64,000 nt of DNA, from assembly GCF_006345805.1 (NCBI RefSeq), contig NC_043002.1, forward strand, positions 51,026,001 to 51,090,000, given 5' to 3'. The notes under the pieces are model-generated. The model was not told where the DNA came from and did no database searches. It was given only the letters and a program-made list of their open reading frames with translations. Positions 27,445 to 39,084 of the stretch are shown piece after piece (position 1 is the first letter of the stretch; every line of letters begins with the position of its first letter). The position numbers and the translations under genes are program-made. The DNA is from Octopus sinensis (taxonomy: Eukaryota).

Positions 27445-27745
27445 AGACCACCTTCATGAATGATCATGGGATACACCTAGAAAGTTTTCCTCCAAGTACA
27501 AGTCTGGGCATGGTTGTTTATGGAAGACCACCAGTCGCCCATGCAGTCTAACCTCCACCTCTCTACTCTACCGATGTTATCCAAGGGAAAGATAAAGCTT
27601 GGCACCAGTGACGTCGTATTTTATTTTTACAGCTGAGTGAACTGGAGCAACGTGGAATAAAGTGTCTTGCTTAAGAAAACAACACAGAGCCCGGTCTGAG
27701 AATGATTGTGAGCCCGCCTCTCTAGCCACTGAGCCATGCGCTCAC
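27445..27745 (-). mobile_element. tRNA-derived SINE (family C-like head); related copy at ~22160-22378 (+)
   Basis: Minus strand GCGCATGGCTCAGTGGCTAGAG A-box head and AGCAAGACACTTTATTCCACGTTGCTCCAGTTCACTCAGCTG core; 3' part TTCCCTTGGATAACAT..GCATGGG.GACTG shared with the 22.2 kb copy. Confidence 0.75.
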
Positions 27746-29024
27746 AATTTAGCACATAAAAACAAAACAAAGTTGAAAAATAGTACTCGAATAGGATTTT
27801 AATAAAGTCGAAAATATCTTCACAAGATGGTATTCAGATTTCCACATTACCGGTCTTTTTTCTCTGTAAATCACCGGTTCGGCAAAAGTGATCCGAAGAA
27901 ATAAGTACCAAATGTAAAAAAAACAAAACCGTCATCAATAATTACTGGGGTTGATTTGTTCGAGTAAGTCCAACATGGTTTCAATCTAATAACTAAAACA
28001 AGTAAAAGAAATAAAAGATAAAAGCCTATGAAATATTTTCCTGGAAATTAAAAATATACGGAATATTTGAAGCTGGATAAAAACTTGTTCAGAGCAGCAC
28101 AAGCAGGAACAACAAAAACAACAGTAACGCTACTACATGAAATGAGCAAAATTGGTCGACTTGAACATTTCTTCCCATTTTATGTTTCCCATTAAAACGT
28201 TGCCCAAACACAGAAGAATCTAAGAAATCAAGTCTGCTAGGTACCGAAACGTTTACTATATTCACAACAGGATCTTCAACTTGAAACGTGGGTATTTTCC
28301 ATTCCGGGTTATGTGTTGAAATGCAAATCTGAGATGAATTGGTAGTATAACCAGAGTGTATGCCGCCCTGGGTTGCGACTGAAGTTTGATCGCCACTCCT
28401 TGGGCCAATACAGCCTGACAGGCTGACAGCAGTTCCGAAAGTACCGCGTATATTAAAGTGACGCTTGCAATGTTCTGTCCCTTTCACACTTTCTCTCTAG
28501 CTACGCTACTGTGGTGAATGTTAGCAGTTTTTGCCAAAAAAAAAAAAAATAATAAATAAATAAAGAGGACACAGCTCATTACCTGCGACCGGAGGAAAAC
28601 TGCCAATATGTCGGTTGACATGCTGCTTGATTGAATATTTAATGTATCAATTGGCAACTTTTTTCAGAACTTTCTTTGTTAAGCATTTACACGACATCTA
28701 GTTACCCTTTGTCACATCTTTCCACAAACATAGGGTAACACGTTAAAACTCTCAATTCCTCGTTAGTATGAGCCGTTAATGAAGACCTTGTTAGAGATGC
28801 TGGGCAAATTTGCTTCAAGTTATAGTCTATTATGTTGAAAAAGCAAGAGCGTGTTAGACAATGTTAGTTAAAAATGTGTCACATCTGGAACCGTAACCAT
28901 CTCCTTCAAAAAGAATGCGTTTGTTCATAGGTCTGGTCAATCACGGTTCACTTGGAGCTACACATCATCAACAAACATATATGTATGCATGTATGTATGC
29001 ATGTACGAGTATGTATGTATAATT

Positions 29025-29073
<49 letters not shown>

Positions 29074-29090
29074 TATTATATATACATATA

Positions 29091-29128
<38 letters not shown>

Positions 29129-29275
29129 CCGGAGTACACACATAAATGTGAAACAAGGTGGAAAAAAAGAGTACTCAAATACCAGTGGTAGAGTAATATG
29201 CTTTATTTAAAGCGGCAGAAAATTCTACAAGACCTGTTACTCTGAGTTTCGCGGCTTTAAATAAAGTATATATAC

Positions 29276-29310
<35 letters not shown>

Positions 29311-29719
29311 TGTACATATATATATATTATAAAGACATATACATATATATTATATAGACATATACATATATATGTGTCATATATATATATATTATATATA
29401 TATATATTATATATATATGCGTGTATATGTATATATACATATTATACATACATTACATATATATGTGTGTGTGTGTATACATATATATATACATATTTGT
29501 ATTTGTAGCATGTATATAGCTATACTTATTAGTGCATTGATATATGATTTAATAGAATGACAATTTTTTTCAGTGTTCTTCCCACTTTTGCTAAAATTTA
29601 TAAGTGTATGAGACTTTGAAATCTCCTTGTTTATGTACCTAATTACAAATGAAGCCTTGCAGAGTATACATCAAATTATGGGAAATTGGATGTAGTTTCG
29701 GGAAATAAACATAAATAGT

Positions 29720-30284
29720 GCATTTGTTAGTAATATTATATGTTTATGCAAGAAAATTGCATGCTGGAAAATTATTTACGAGTAGATGCAAATTGCATAT
29801 CTTTACGTGATTGCAAAATATCTCCTCCCTTGGTACTGTTTAGTATAAAATGATCCAATTTGAGAATCCGCATACAGTTTTGAATAATAGAGAAAAGTTT
29901 TAAGAAAATCTATCATGACGTAAGAAAGTTATGTGACAAGTTCCACACGAATGTACTCCAATATGAAAACATTCAAAATCCTTTACATATACACTTCACT
30001 ATGATACGTATTAAACCATTGCCTTGTATGGTGAAGTTTATTTGAGTAACAGCTGCAATAAAAGTGAGTTGACTCTCCGTTTCTTTCCGTGCATCATACA
30101 ATGGATGTTGATGTGTGCCATTGTCACGAATATTCTTAACCTGCACTCGAATAAGATTTTCTGTTTCTGTGACCGAATATCGGGGAAATTTTAACTCGTT
30201 GAACGATGTTAAACGTTGCTGAAACATTGTTCTCAAAGTATTTCCTTTGCAAATATATTTCTGCCAGGAACGAATTTTTTTCAA
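29720..30284 (-). mobile_element. Possible BEL/Pao LTR-retrotransposon RNase H region remnant
   Basis: NELKFPRY ... HPLYDAR (LHxFxDAS-like) ... downstream YADSQI (WTDSQI-like). Motif order fits but the match is weak. Confidence 0.3.
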
Positions 30285-30719
30285 TTTTCGAAAATGTTTG
30301 TAAACAACAGACGATAAATCACTCTACTTCAACCAGACAAAAAAAAATGTCTCACGAATTTCAATATTATGCATAAAAAAAAAGAACAAGCCTACTTAGA
30401 ATTACCATAAAATTTCGAGCAACAAATAGAATGGGCTTTTCTTCTGTAAAACACTTTTGTACAGAATAAGACTTCTGTAAATACAATGAACCAGTACGTA
30501 GCTTCCAGTCGTTCAACAAACCGCTTTTTGACAAAGCGTGTGGCACCTTATCGGTTCAGAAATGAGTTACAATTTGTAAAAGCTAATGTTAGCGAACAAG
30601 CAGACATCGCAACGCATCCTGTCTCCTGTTTATCATCTTATAAGAATGAAAAGGAAAGGTTAACGTCGGCGGAACTTGAATTAGATGGAGAGTGCTTTCC
30701 GTGATATATGGGCTGTACC

Positions 30720-31270
30720 CATCAAGGATATCTTTTGAATTTCACGGAGATTGGAGTTAACAGGAATTGCTTAATATACTTCTCCGCTCCATTCTTTATC
30801 ATTCCCAACGCACCAATTACTACTGCTATTATCGTAGTTTTAAAGTACCACATTTTTGTGATTTCAACTTGCAGATCCTTATAGTGAGAAAGATTTCCGT
30901 ATTCCTTTCTTGAGATATTAGGATCCAGTGCGACAGACATATCTATTACCAGACAAGTTCCTCAGTTGTAGTCCTAGATCACGATGTCTGGTCGATTGTA
31001 GTCAATTTTTCTGTCTATTGAGATGTTGCAAAGGATAGTGACGCCCTCGCCATTTACTATATCCTCTGGATGGTACCAGTACCACTTATCATGGAATTTA
31101 ATTTTGTAGTATTTACAAGCATTCCATCGGATGTACTGCCCTAGTCTATCATGTCTTATGAGGAACTCCTTTTCAGCGAGGACTGAGCAGCCAGGAACAA
31201 CGTCATCAATTGTCTCTGCGTAAACTCTGCACGCGGACTCAGATCCATCTTTAAGAACGTTTGCATGATA
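30720..31270 (-). mobile_element. R4/Dong-type RLE non-LTR retrotransposon 3' fragment (copy A)
   Basis: CRV..ETIDDVVPGCSVLA..RHDRLGQYI.W..NRPDIV; YKDLQVEITKMW..VVIGALGMIK. Confidence 0.85.
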
Positions 31271-31272
31271 GT

Positions 31273-31480
31273 TTCTTCTTCTTCTTCTTCTTCTTCTTCT
31301 TCTTCTTCTTCTTCTTCTTCTTCTTCTTCTTCTTCTTCTTCTTCTTCTTCTTCTTCTTCTTCTTCTTCTTCTTCTTCTTCTTCTTCTTCTTCTTCTTCTT
31401 CTTCTTCTTCTTCTTCTTCTTCTCTTCTTCTTCTTCTTCTTCTTCTTCTTCTTCTTCTTCTTCTTCTTCTTCTTCTTCTT
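31273..31480. repeat. (TTC)n microsatellite, ~200 bp
   Basis: Direct inspection. Confidence 0.98.
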
Positions 31481-31489
31481 TTTCTTTTT

Positions 31490-31763
31490 TATTCGCCAGA
31501 ACATTGTCCGGTTTCCGATGTCTGGTCGGTTGACGGCACTGGATCATTGCGTCCTACAGGATTTTGCAATTCTCATTTTCAGTGACTCCTTCTGGAATTT
31601 TTTCATACCACGTCTTTGCACTTTGTAGGCCGTGATTTCCATAGAGCTCCTAATGGCTCATTCTTGCCACATTTTCATGCAGTCTTTTGTTGTGCCAATT
31701 TCGAGCATTCGCTAACGATGTGCCATACCGTTTCACCACCTCTTGCCATACATTGTGCATTTG
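31490..31763 (-). mobile_element. R4/Dong-type RLE fragment (copy C)
   Basis: ETVWHIVSECSKLAQ zinc-knuckle region and HRKPD (RLE PD motif); preceded on the minus strand by (TAA)n. Confidence 0.75.
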
Positions 31764-31838
31764 TCATTATTATTATTATTATCATCATCATCGTCGTCGT
31801 CGTCGTCGTCATCATCATCGTCATCGTCATCGTCATCG

Positions 31839-31893
<55 letters not shown>

Positions 31894-31917
31894 TATTATT
31901 ATTATTATTATTATTAT

Positions 31918-32935
31918 CACTTTTTTTTTCTTCTTTCAAATTTGCTTCCATTTCTTGCCGAGTGTCTTCCCGACTCCTAGGGCAAAGAAACTCATAGTAT
32001 ACATTGGTAGGCCATTAAACCAAACTCAGTAGTTCGTTCATTTTTTTTTTTTTTTTTTAAGTTAAATTAAAATACATGAGCAGCAACAGTTCTCACAACG
32101 ACAATGCCCTTCTCAATACGTGTGATGTACCAGTTAAGACAATTTTTTGCACTTCTTGCAGGGATGGTAAGCCAGGGATCATTCTCATATAATTTTCGGT
32201 TCCCTTCTTGATCATTCCTAGTGCTCCTACGATCACTGGTATTGTAATCGCCTTGAGATGCTACATTTTCTCAATTTCAATGAGTAGGTCTTTATATTTT
32301 CTGAGCTTGTCAAACTCTTTCGCTGAGATATTATGCTCACAGGGGATGCTCATGTCGATCAATAAGCAAACTTTATTGTTTTGGTCTTTCACAACAATAT
32401 CTGGTTTATTGGCCTTGATGGTTCGGTCTGTATGTACTGGAAAGTCCCACAGAATGGTTACATTTTCTCCTTCAGTTACAGCCTTAGGGTGGTGATTATA
32501 CCACTTGTCGGCAGTTTTGATATTGTAATGCCGACTTATTAGCCAGTGGAGATATTGGCCAACTCTGTCATGTCTTAATTTATACTCCACTGGTGCTAAG
32601 ACTTTACATCCAGAGATTAGATGGTCCACTGTTTCAATCATGTCGTTGCAGAATCGGCATTTTGGGTCTGCTCCATTTTTCATCACATTGGCCTGGTAGT
32701 TCCGGGTTAATAGGCTTTGATCTTGAGCAGCCAGGATGAAACCTTCGCTCTCTGCTTTTAGCCCTGAGCTCCGTAGCCACTGATGGGTTTGCTTCTGGTC
32801 AACATCAGCTTGTTGGCTGCGGGTCACATATTTGCCGTGCAGAGGTTTCTCCTCCCACCTATCAGCCAATTGCTCGTGCGCTTTTTTCGTTGCTATCATT
32901 TTCACCTTCTTTGCAACAATAGTTGCCGTACTTAC
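31918..32935 (-). mobile_element. R4/Dong-type RLE retrotransposon, 5'-truncated, well preserved (copy B)
   Basis: 214-aa ORF 32261-32905: KPLHGKY, AAQDQSLLTRNY, CRFC..ETVDHLISGC, RHDRV, WDFPVHTD..NKPDIV..IDMSIP..KYKDL; continues PVIVGALG after a stop. 3' UTR ends in A-tract + (TAA)n. Confidence 0.92.
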
Positions 32936-32940
32936 CTCGG

Positions 32941-32941
<1 letters not shown>

Positions 32942-32975
<34 letters not shown>

Positions 32976-32980
32976 CATTA

Positions 32981-33058
<78 letters not shown>

Positions 33059-33069
33059 CATTATTATCA

Positions 33070-33125
<56 letters not shown>

Positions 33126-33126
33126 G

Positions 33127-33199
<73 letters not shown>

Positions 33200-33213
33200 A
33201 TTATTATTATTAT
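32942..33213. repeat. (TTA)n/(TTG)n compound microsatellite
   Basis: Direct inspection. Confidence 0.98.
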
Positions 33214-33649
33214 TCAGGCGGCATGCTGGCAGAATAGTTAGTTCGCTCGACGAAATGCTCGCGGAGATTCTCATGAATTCACGTGAATATAACAATGAGT
33301 CAAGAGACGTTACTGTTGGGTGGCATCTTTTGGATGTTTGTCTCCCTTAGAAATTGTATTTTGGGAAAATTGTTGTGTGTTCAATTTGCATTATTTTGTT
33401 TTTTGTTCTGGGCATGATGTTCCTATACTTGCGTGCTGAGGTAATTTGGTGAATATTTCTTCTCTGTGTGAAGTTTCTGTGCTATGTGTGTTCAGATTTC
33501 ACGTTTAGGAAATTTCACGTGATAGGATTATTGTTGCAGATAGTAGCTCTTCTTTGAGATATTTGAGTGTAAAATATCGCTTGTGTATGCAAGGAGATAA
33601 CGTTTAATTCCTAATATTTATGATGTTATCTGTTGATTGTATAATGGTT

Positions 33650-34470
33650 AATTTTTGAGATACACAGAGTTCACTTTTGTTACCCCGTCCCCTGCATTTT
33701 GGCTTCAGCAATAATTTTCCACTTTATCTAGGGGTTGCTTATTCCACCTTCATTCCCTGTCCATATCCTACTTGACAAGGATGTTGCATGATTTTTTTAA
33801 TTTTTGTCTCTGAATGACGCCAGATGCTGTGTATACCTTTCTTTGAACAAGTTACCCGTCATTCCGATAGGCATTTTTACTATTTGGTTGGGGTCCATGA
33901 TCTTGGCACTGTATACGATTTCTTTCTCGAGACAGTTGTTTAGATGACAGTAGTTGGGTGATCTACAGTTTCATTGTCTTTCGGCTGGGTTTCTAGTGTA
34001 TTTATATTTATTGTGATTGGATATTATTGACCCTACATTGGGGAGGCAACTATAGCTAACTTGAACAGTATTTCTGTTGAAGATCTTGAGGTATTTGTGT
34101 GAATGTGGAAAGTGCTTGTCTATTAGTTTTAAGAATATCTTAGCTATGTTAGTAGCTACATTCATGCTATGGGTTAAACCATAAGATTTTGTTCTGTCGG
34201 CTTTTTCTTGGCCTATTTATATTTGGGTCAATGTAGTACATGTAGCAGTCAATGTAATATATGGACCTTTCTGTGTCATTGTGTCTTTGTGTCTTTGTCG
34301 GCGGAAAAATTGGAAACGCGCCTGCTAATGTTGTCAACCATATGTTAAATTACTGCTGGTGGGTATCTATTCTCGAGGCTTCCCCATTTGATTTGTGGTA
34401 AGATTTAAATTTTCCTGTGTTAAGGTTCATGTTAGTATCTTGGAATTTCAATTATTTTACACTCAAATAT
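33650..34470 (-). mobile_element. Penelope-like element 3' part (RT thumb + GIY-YIG)
   Basis: [39 protein letters not shown]; NCRSPNYCHLNNCLEKEIVYSAKI..IGMTGNLFKERYTQHLASF. Confidence 0.88.
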
Positions 34471-34479
34471 TTCAAAGAG

Positions 34480-34900
34480 GAGCCACGATCTGCGACGGAA
34501 ATCCTGCCAAGATACCGTTTTTGTACATGTGAATGTGAACTTCGAGCCATTCCAGCAAGGAGAAAAATTTTCAATTAAGACCAACTTCACATGTGCCTCC
34601 CAGAATCTAAATTATGTCTTAACTTGCTCAGGTTGTGGCCACAATTATGCGGGCCAAAAGAGCCTTACTTTGAGACGCAGAGTTACGCTGCATAAAGAAT
34701 AGATTCGTTTTTCTCAATACAGGCAAATAGCTCTCAGCGAACATATTGAAAGATGCGCAAGAAAGAAAATACCGAATTTCCATATTTTTCCATTATACCG
34801 ACGCAAACATTCAATATCCTTACAAGAACTTCTAAACAAAGAAAACCTGTTCATGCAAAAGTACAGACCACACTTTAATATACAAAATGACCACCTGATC
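34480..34900 (+). mobile_element. GIY-YIG endonuclease fragment of a second Penelope-like lineage
   Basis: FSIKTNFTCASQNLNYVLTCSGCGHNYAGQK..LRRRVTLHKE (FTCxSxNxxYxxxCxxC..YxGQ type). Confidence 0.8.
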
Positions 34901-35262
34901 CCTACACATTCCTATTTCAAAATCAAATTTATTTACCACTATTGAATAATGCTGATGATGTAGTTGTCCCCTTTGCCACCTATTACATCCCTTTATCCAC
35001 TCTCTCCATTCATTCTTACTTATCAAGAAATCCAAAACTTGCGTGATTTCTTTGTTTCAAGGGATGATTACTTCACAAAGTCTCTTGAAAAGCTAATTCA
35101 AATAACGAAAAGCGGTTGGATATCATTACATTTTATGGGAACTTTACCATCCATAAAATATGTATATATATATTTTTTATAAAAAGATATTAAGACTATG
35201 TGAAATGAAGGCATTGCTCTTCCCCTTATTATATGTTTTCTACATATTTTCACTACACACAC

Positions 35263-35350
<88 letters not shown>

Positions 35351-35636
35351 GTGTGTGTGTGTGTGCTTGTGTGTGTGTATGTGTATGTATGTATATATAT
35401 ATATATATAATTTTATCTTTTAGATGTTTCAGTCATTAGATTAGATTTATGCTGAGGTAATACGACTTGCGTATTCATAACTTATTGGAATTTCCTTAAA
35501 ACAAGCTCCTATGTAAGACAGTTCGGTATTCTCTGTAAATGCACAAAGACCTTTTTAAGGGCTGCATACTTTGTATTGTTGTTATTGGATTAGCAAAACC
35601 AATATGACAATGGAACCAAGGAATTAGCCCCGCTTT

Positions 35637-35664
35637 CCCGGGAATTACCGGGTACGTCAGCTAG
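35637..35664 (+). mobile_element. Helitron-like 3' terminus
   Basis: Hairpin CCCGG-GAATTA-CCGGG, 8-nt spacer, then CTAG. Confidence 0.45.
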
Positions 35665-36195
35665 CGTCTGTGTGTGTGTCTGTATATATATATATATAGA
35701 GAGAGAGAGACAGACAGACAGACAGAGAGAGACAGAGTGAGAGAGAGAGCTCCTATCAGGTTCCGTTAACTATGTCCGCAAATCTGTTCACGAGATTTTG
35801 GTTCGCCTGAGGATGCTAGACAAAGGTGCCACAGAATGGAACTAGATTCAGGACCATGTGATTAGGAAGCAAGCTTACCCCACACCCACACCTTCAAAAT
35901 CTCGTCTTAATCTTCTCCCATTGTGGCAAAATTCTTTACTTATGCATTTTTCTGTTTCTGTTCTTGCTCATTCGTTTCTTCGTTGCAACTGTAGGATTTG
36001 AAGCGGAATTGGATTCTCTTCTTAGCAGGTCGAACTTCCGCGTGGAGGCCTCCGAATGGGGGACAGATTATAGATGTGTCTATTTCTGTGCGAGAGATAA
36101 AACGTGCCTGGAGCTAGGTACAAGAACAAATGCACTTCTTAATACTGCTTCTTTCATTTACGTTGTTACGTCTATCGTTAAGTTACTGTTGTTAA

Positions 36196-36423
36196 TACGT
36201 TTTAACACGTTTTAGCACCGACATCAAGAGTGAATCGCAGAAGGTCCTCGACTTGCTTACGGAAAACAACCTCCAGGCCGGATTCTAAAAGTAGCGGGAA
36301 TGCAGGGACCGTTGTATTGCAGCGCAAGGTGACTATTTGTAAGGAGATTATGTTAAAACTTACGTAAATAAGTTATTTTTTATTAAACGTAGCAAGTTCG
36401 GGAACCGTTCTTCATACCACCTA
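36196..36423 (+). mobile_element. Mariner 3' end remnant
   Basis: DIKSESQKVLDLLTENNLQAGF*K*RECRDRCIAAQGDYL*GD (mariner C-terminus), then TIR-like TTCGGGAAC..CATACCACC. Confidence 0.8.
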
Positions 36424-36440
36424 ATATTGCACATAATATC

Positions 36441-36638
36441 GGTTTCAAATGTTGGCTCAAAATCAGGAATTTCGAGGGAGTAGGAAAGTCGATAACAGTG
36501 ACACAGTATTCAACCAGCACTTATTCTATCGACTCCGAAAGGATGACCTCAGCGGCATTTGAACTCAGAATATTAAGACGGGCGAAATGCCGCTAAGCAT
36601 ATTGCCTGGCATGGTAACGATTTTGCCAGCTTGCTGCC
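36441..36638 (-). mobile_element. SINE family A, diverged
   Basis: Reverse complement of head and core. Confidence 0.75.
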
Positions 36639-37750
36639 AACGTTGTTAGTGTCGTTGTTATTGATAGTGGTGGTGGTACTGTTGTTGTGATTGTTGTTGC
36701 TGATGATGATGTAGTTGCTGGCGCTGCTCTTGCGGTTCTTCCAATTATTGTTATCACTACGACTTCCGCTATTTCTGCCGCCTTCGCCACCCTAGCCGCA
36801 GTCAGCACTATCATCGGCGCCACCTCTTCTTTAAACATCTTCTCTAACACCGTTAAAATTACTGCCGTCTATCACCACCAATAACACCACCGCCACCACC
36901 ACCACCACCACCACCACCACCACCACCTCTACCACTACCACATCCGCTCTAACCAACAATCACCCCAACACCAACACCACTCTCCTCTCATCACTAAAAC
37001 CATCTCTACCACAACCGCCTTCTCCACAACTATCACCATTCCTGCCACCACTACACCCCTCCCCACCACTAGCAGCGCAACCACCAACACCACCACCACC
37101 ACCACCACCATCACCACAACCATCACGATCAGCATCACCACCAACATCATCGTCACCATCATCATCACCATCACCACCAGCACCAATGCCAGCACCACTA
37201 TTGCAATCACTGCAACTACTAACCACCGCTGCTGCTGCTGGTATTGATAGAATTATATTTAGATTAATTCTTTAATTCATTAGAGCCGTGTTTGGACAAG
37301 CAGCAGTGAGTTATTATAGCAATAAATAAAAGGAAGAGATTAAGATAATATGGGAAGGATTATCACAGAACAAGGAATTTCAATTCACATAAAGGTCCCC
37401 CACAATATTACCGATTAATTCCTGTTCTGCTACAAACCAAACAGTCTGCAGTTCGTGCTCAGTTACTAACATTGCATCATTTTGCATTTTATTTAAGATG
37501 TGGTTAAGAATCCCGCTTGGAGTTCAGTCCTACAGGGTGAGACCTTGGGTGAGTATCTTCTATTATTACCCCGGGCTGACCAATGCCTTGTGAGTGAGTT
37601 ATTTAGATGAGAAAGTGTGAAAAACCGTCGTATATAAATGCATCTCATTCTCCATCTCTCGCCTCAATTGTCACTTCTCTTCTATTTCATCGCTTCCAAC
37701 TGTTAGGCGATCGAACGGTACACACTCAGACCGTATGTACTTGGTTTTAA

Positions 37751-38245
37751 GTGGTGAAGGATGTGCTGAAGGCGAACCTAGACAAAGCAACTCGCGCCAA
37801 TCTCTTCAATAGCACAGTCTTGCTTGCAATGTTATACGCATGTGAGACTTGGTCCTTGACGAAGAGAGAAGAACAACATCTGCTTACGGCGCAGAGAGCC
37901 TTAGAAAGGTCAATGTTGGGAATCTGGCTGACAGATCACATCCAGAACAAGGAGATCAGGGATAGAACTAGAACTAGAGTCAAAGATCTCGTAGCAGAAT
38001 ACCATCATGCAAAGCTACGATGGGCCGGTCATGTCGCAAAGTTCACAGACAAACGATGGCCCCGTGCAGTTGTCGAGTGGTACCCACGCGAACGGAAGAA
38101 ACCACTCGGAAGACCTCCTATGAGATGGGAAGGAGATTTAAGAAAGATGTTTGGAAGAATGTAGAGAAGACTGGTGAGAGCACGAGGGGAATGGAACGAA
38201 TGTTGCAGCCAGCGGAGGTGACTCGGCACCAGACAGCCTGACTGA
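37751..38245 (+). mobile_element. RTE-clade LINE 3' end
   Basis: LFNSTVL.AMLYACETWSL..QRALERSMLGI..KLRWAGHVA..WYPRERKKPLGRPPMRW. Confidence 0.9.
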
Positions 38246-38269
38246 TCGAGGTGATCCACGTGATATAAA

Positions 38270-38308
<39 letters not shown>

Positions 38309-38877
38309 TGTGTGTGTGTGCGTGCGTGCGTGTGTGTTTTCATTCACTCCCAGTAGTACAGGAAGAGGTTTCACCTCTCGTGTGTGCTTACAGCTCAAAC
38401 ACTAACCGTAAAGCAATGTGTAAAAGAGGATAAAGACTATTTCTAAATGCTTTAATGTAATGGTACCATGCAAAATTTGTTCCAGCTCTTTACACTGTGA
38501 ATTCAAATGGGGTTCAAATTAATTCTACCCTTCATCCGTTTAGGATTGATAAAATGAATTACCAGCTAAGTAATGTGGTTGATAGTGTCAGCTAGCCAAT
38601 CCCATCCAAACACCTCATTGCTGAATTTCTGTTTCGTTGTTTTTCTGAGTACATGCTTTTCTATATTTCTTGAATTATACTAGTAGTTAATAGCTATTTC
38701 TGGTCATAGGTCGTCGTATCAGTCTCAAATATCTAGTCTATAGCAGTTGTCATATTAAGTATTAATAGTTGGCTGTACAGTGGTATCAATCGCGTTAAAC
38801 AGTATTGATTCTGGAAAGGCCATTTGCGCTTTCTAAGTATCTCTAGTTGTGGTTCGAAATTATATGATTGACAATAA

Positions 38878-39068
38878 GTATTCTTTCCTACCCTAGGCAC
38901 AAGGCCCGAAATTTTTGGAGAGTTGGGGCCAGTCAATTAGATCGACCCATTACGCAACTGGTACTTAATTTATCGACCCCGAAAGAATGAAAAGCAAAGT
39001 CGACCTCGGCGGAATTTGAACTCAGAACATAAAGACAGACGAAATACTGCTAAGCATTTCACCCGGCG
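38878..39068 (-). mobile_element. SINE family A
   Basis: Near-consensus core and GGCCTTGTGCCTAGGGTAGGAAAGAAT tail. Confidence 0.88.
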
Positions 39069-39084
39069 ATTAACAATAAGTACT

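Noticed and set aside
30974-31585. Poly-K/R/F/S ORFs
   Set aside because: Product of the (TTC)n tract fused to retrotransposon fragments.
36593-37226. Mucin-like Thr/Val/Gly-rich ORFs
   Set aside because: Degenerate (CAC/CAT)n repeats running into a SINE.
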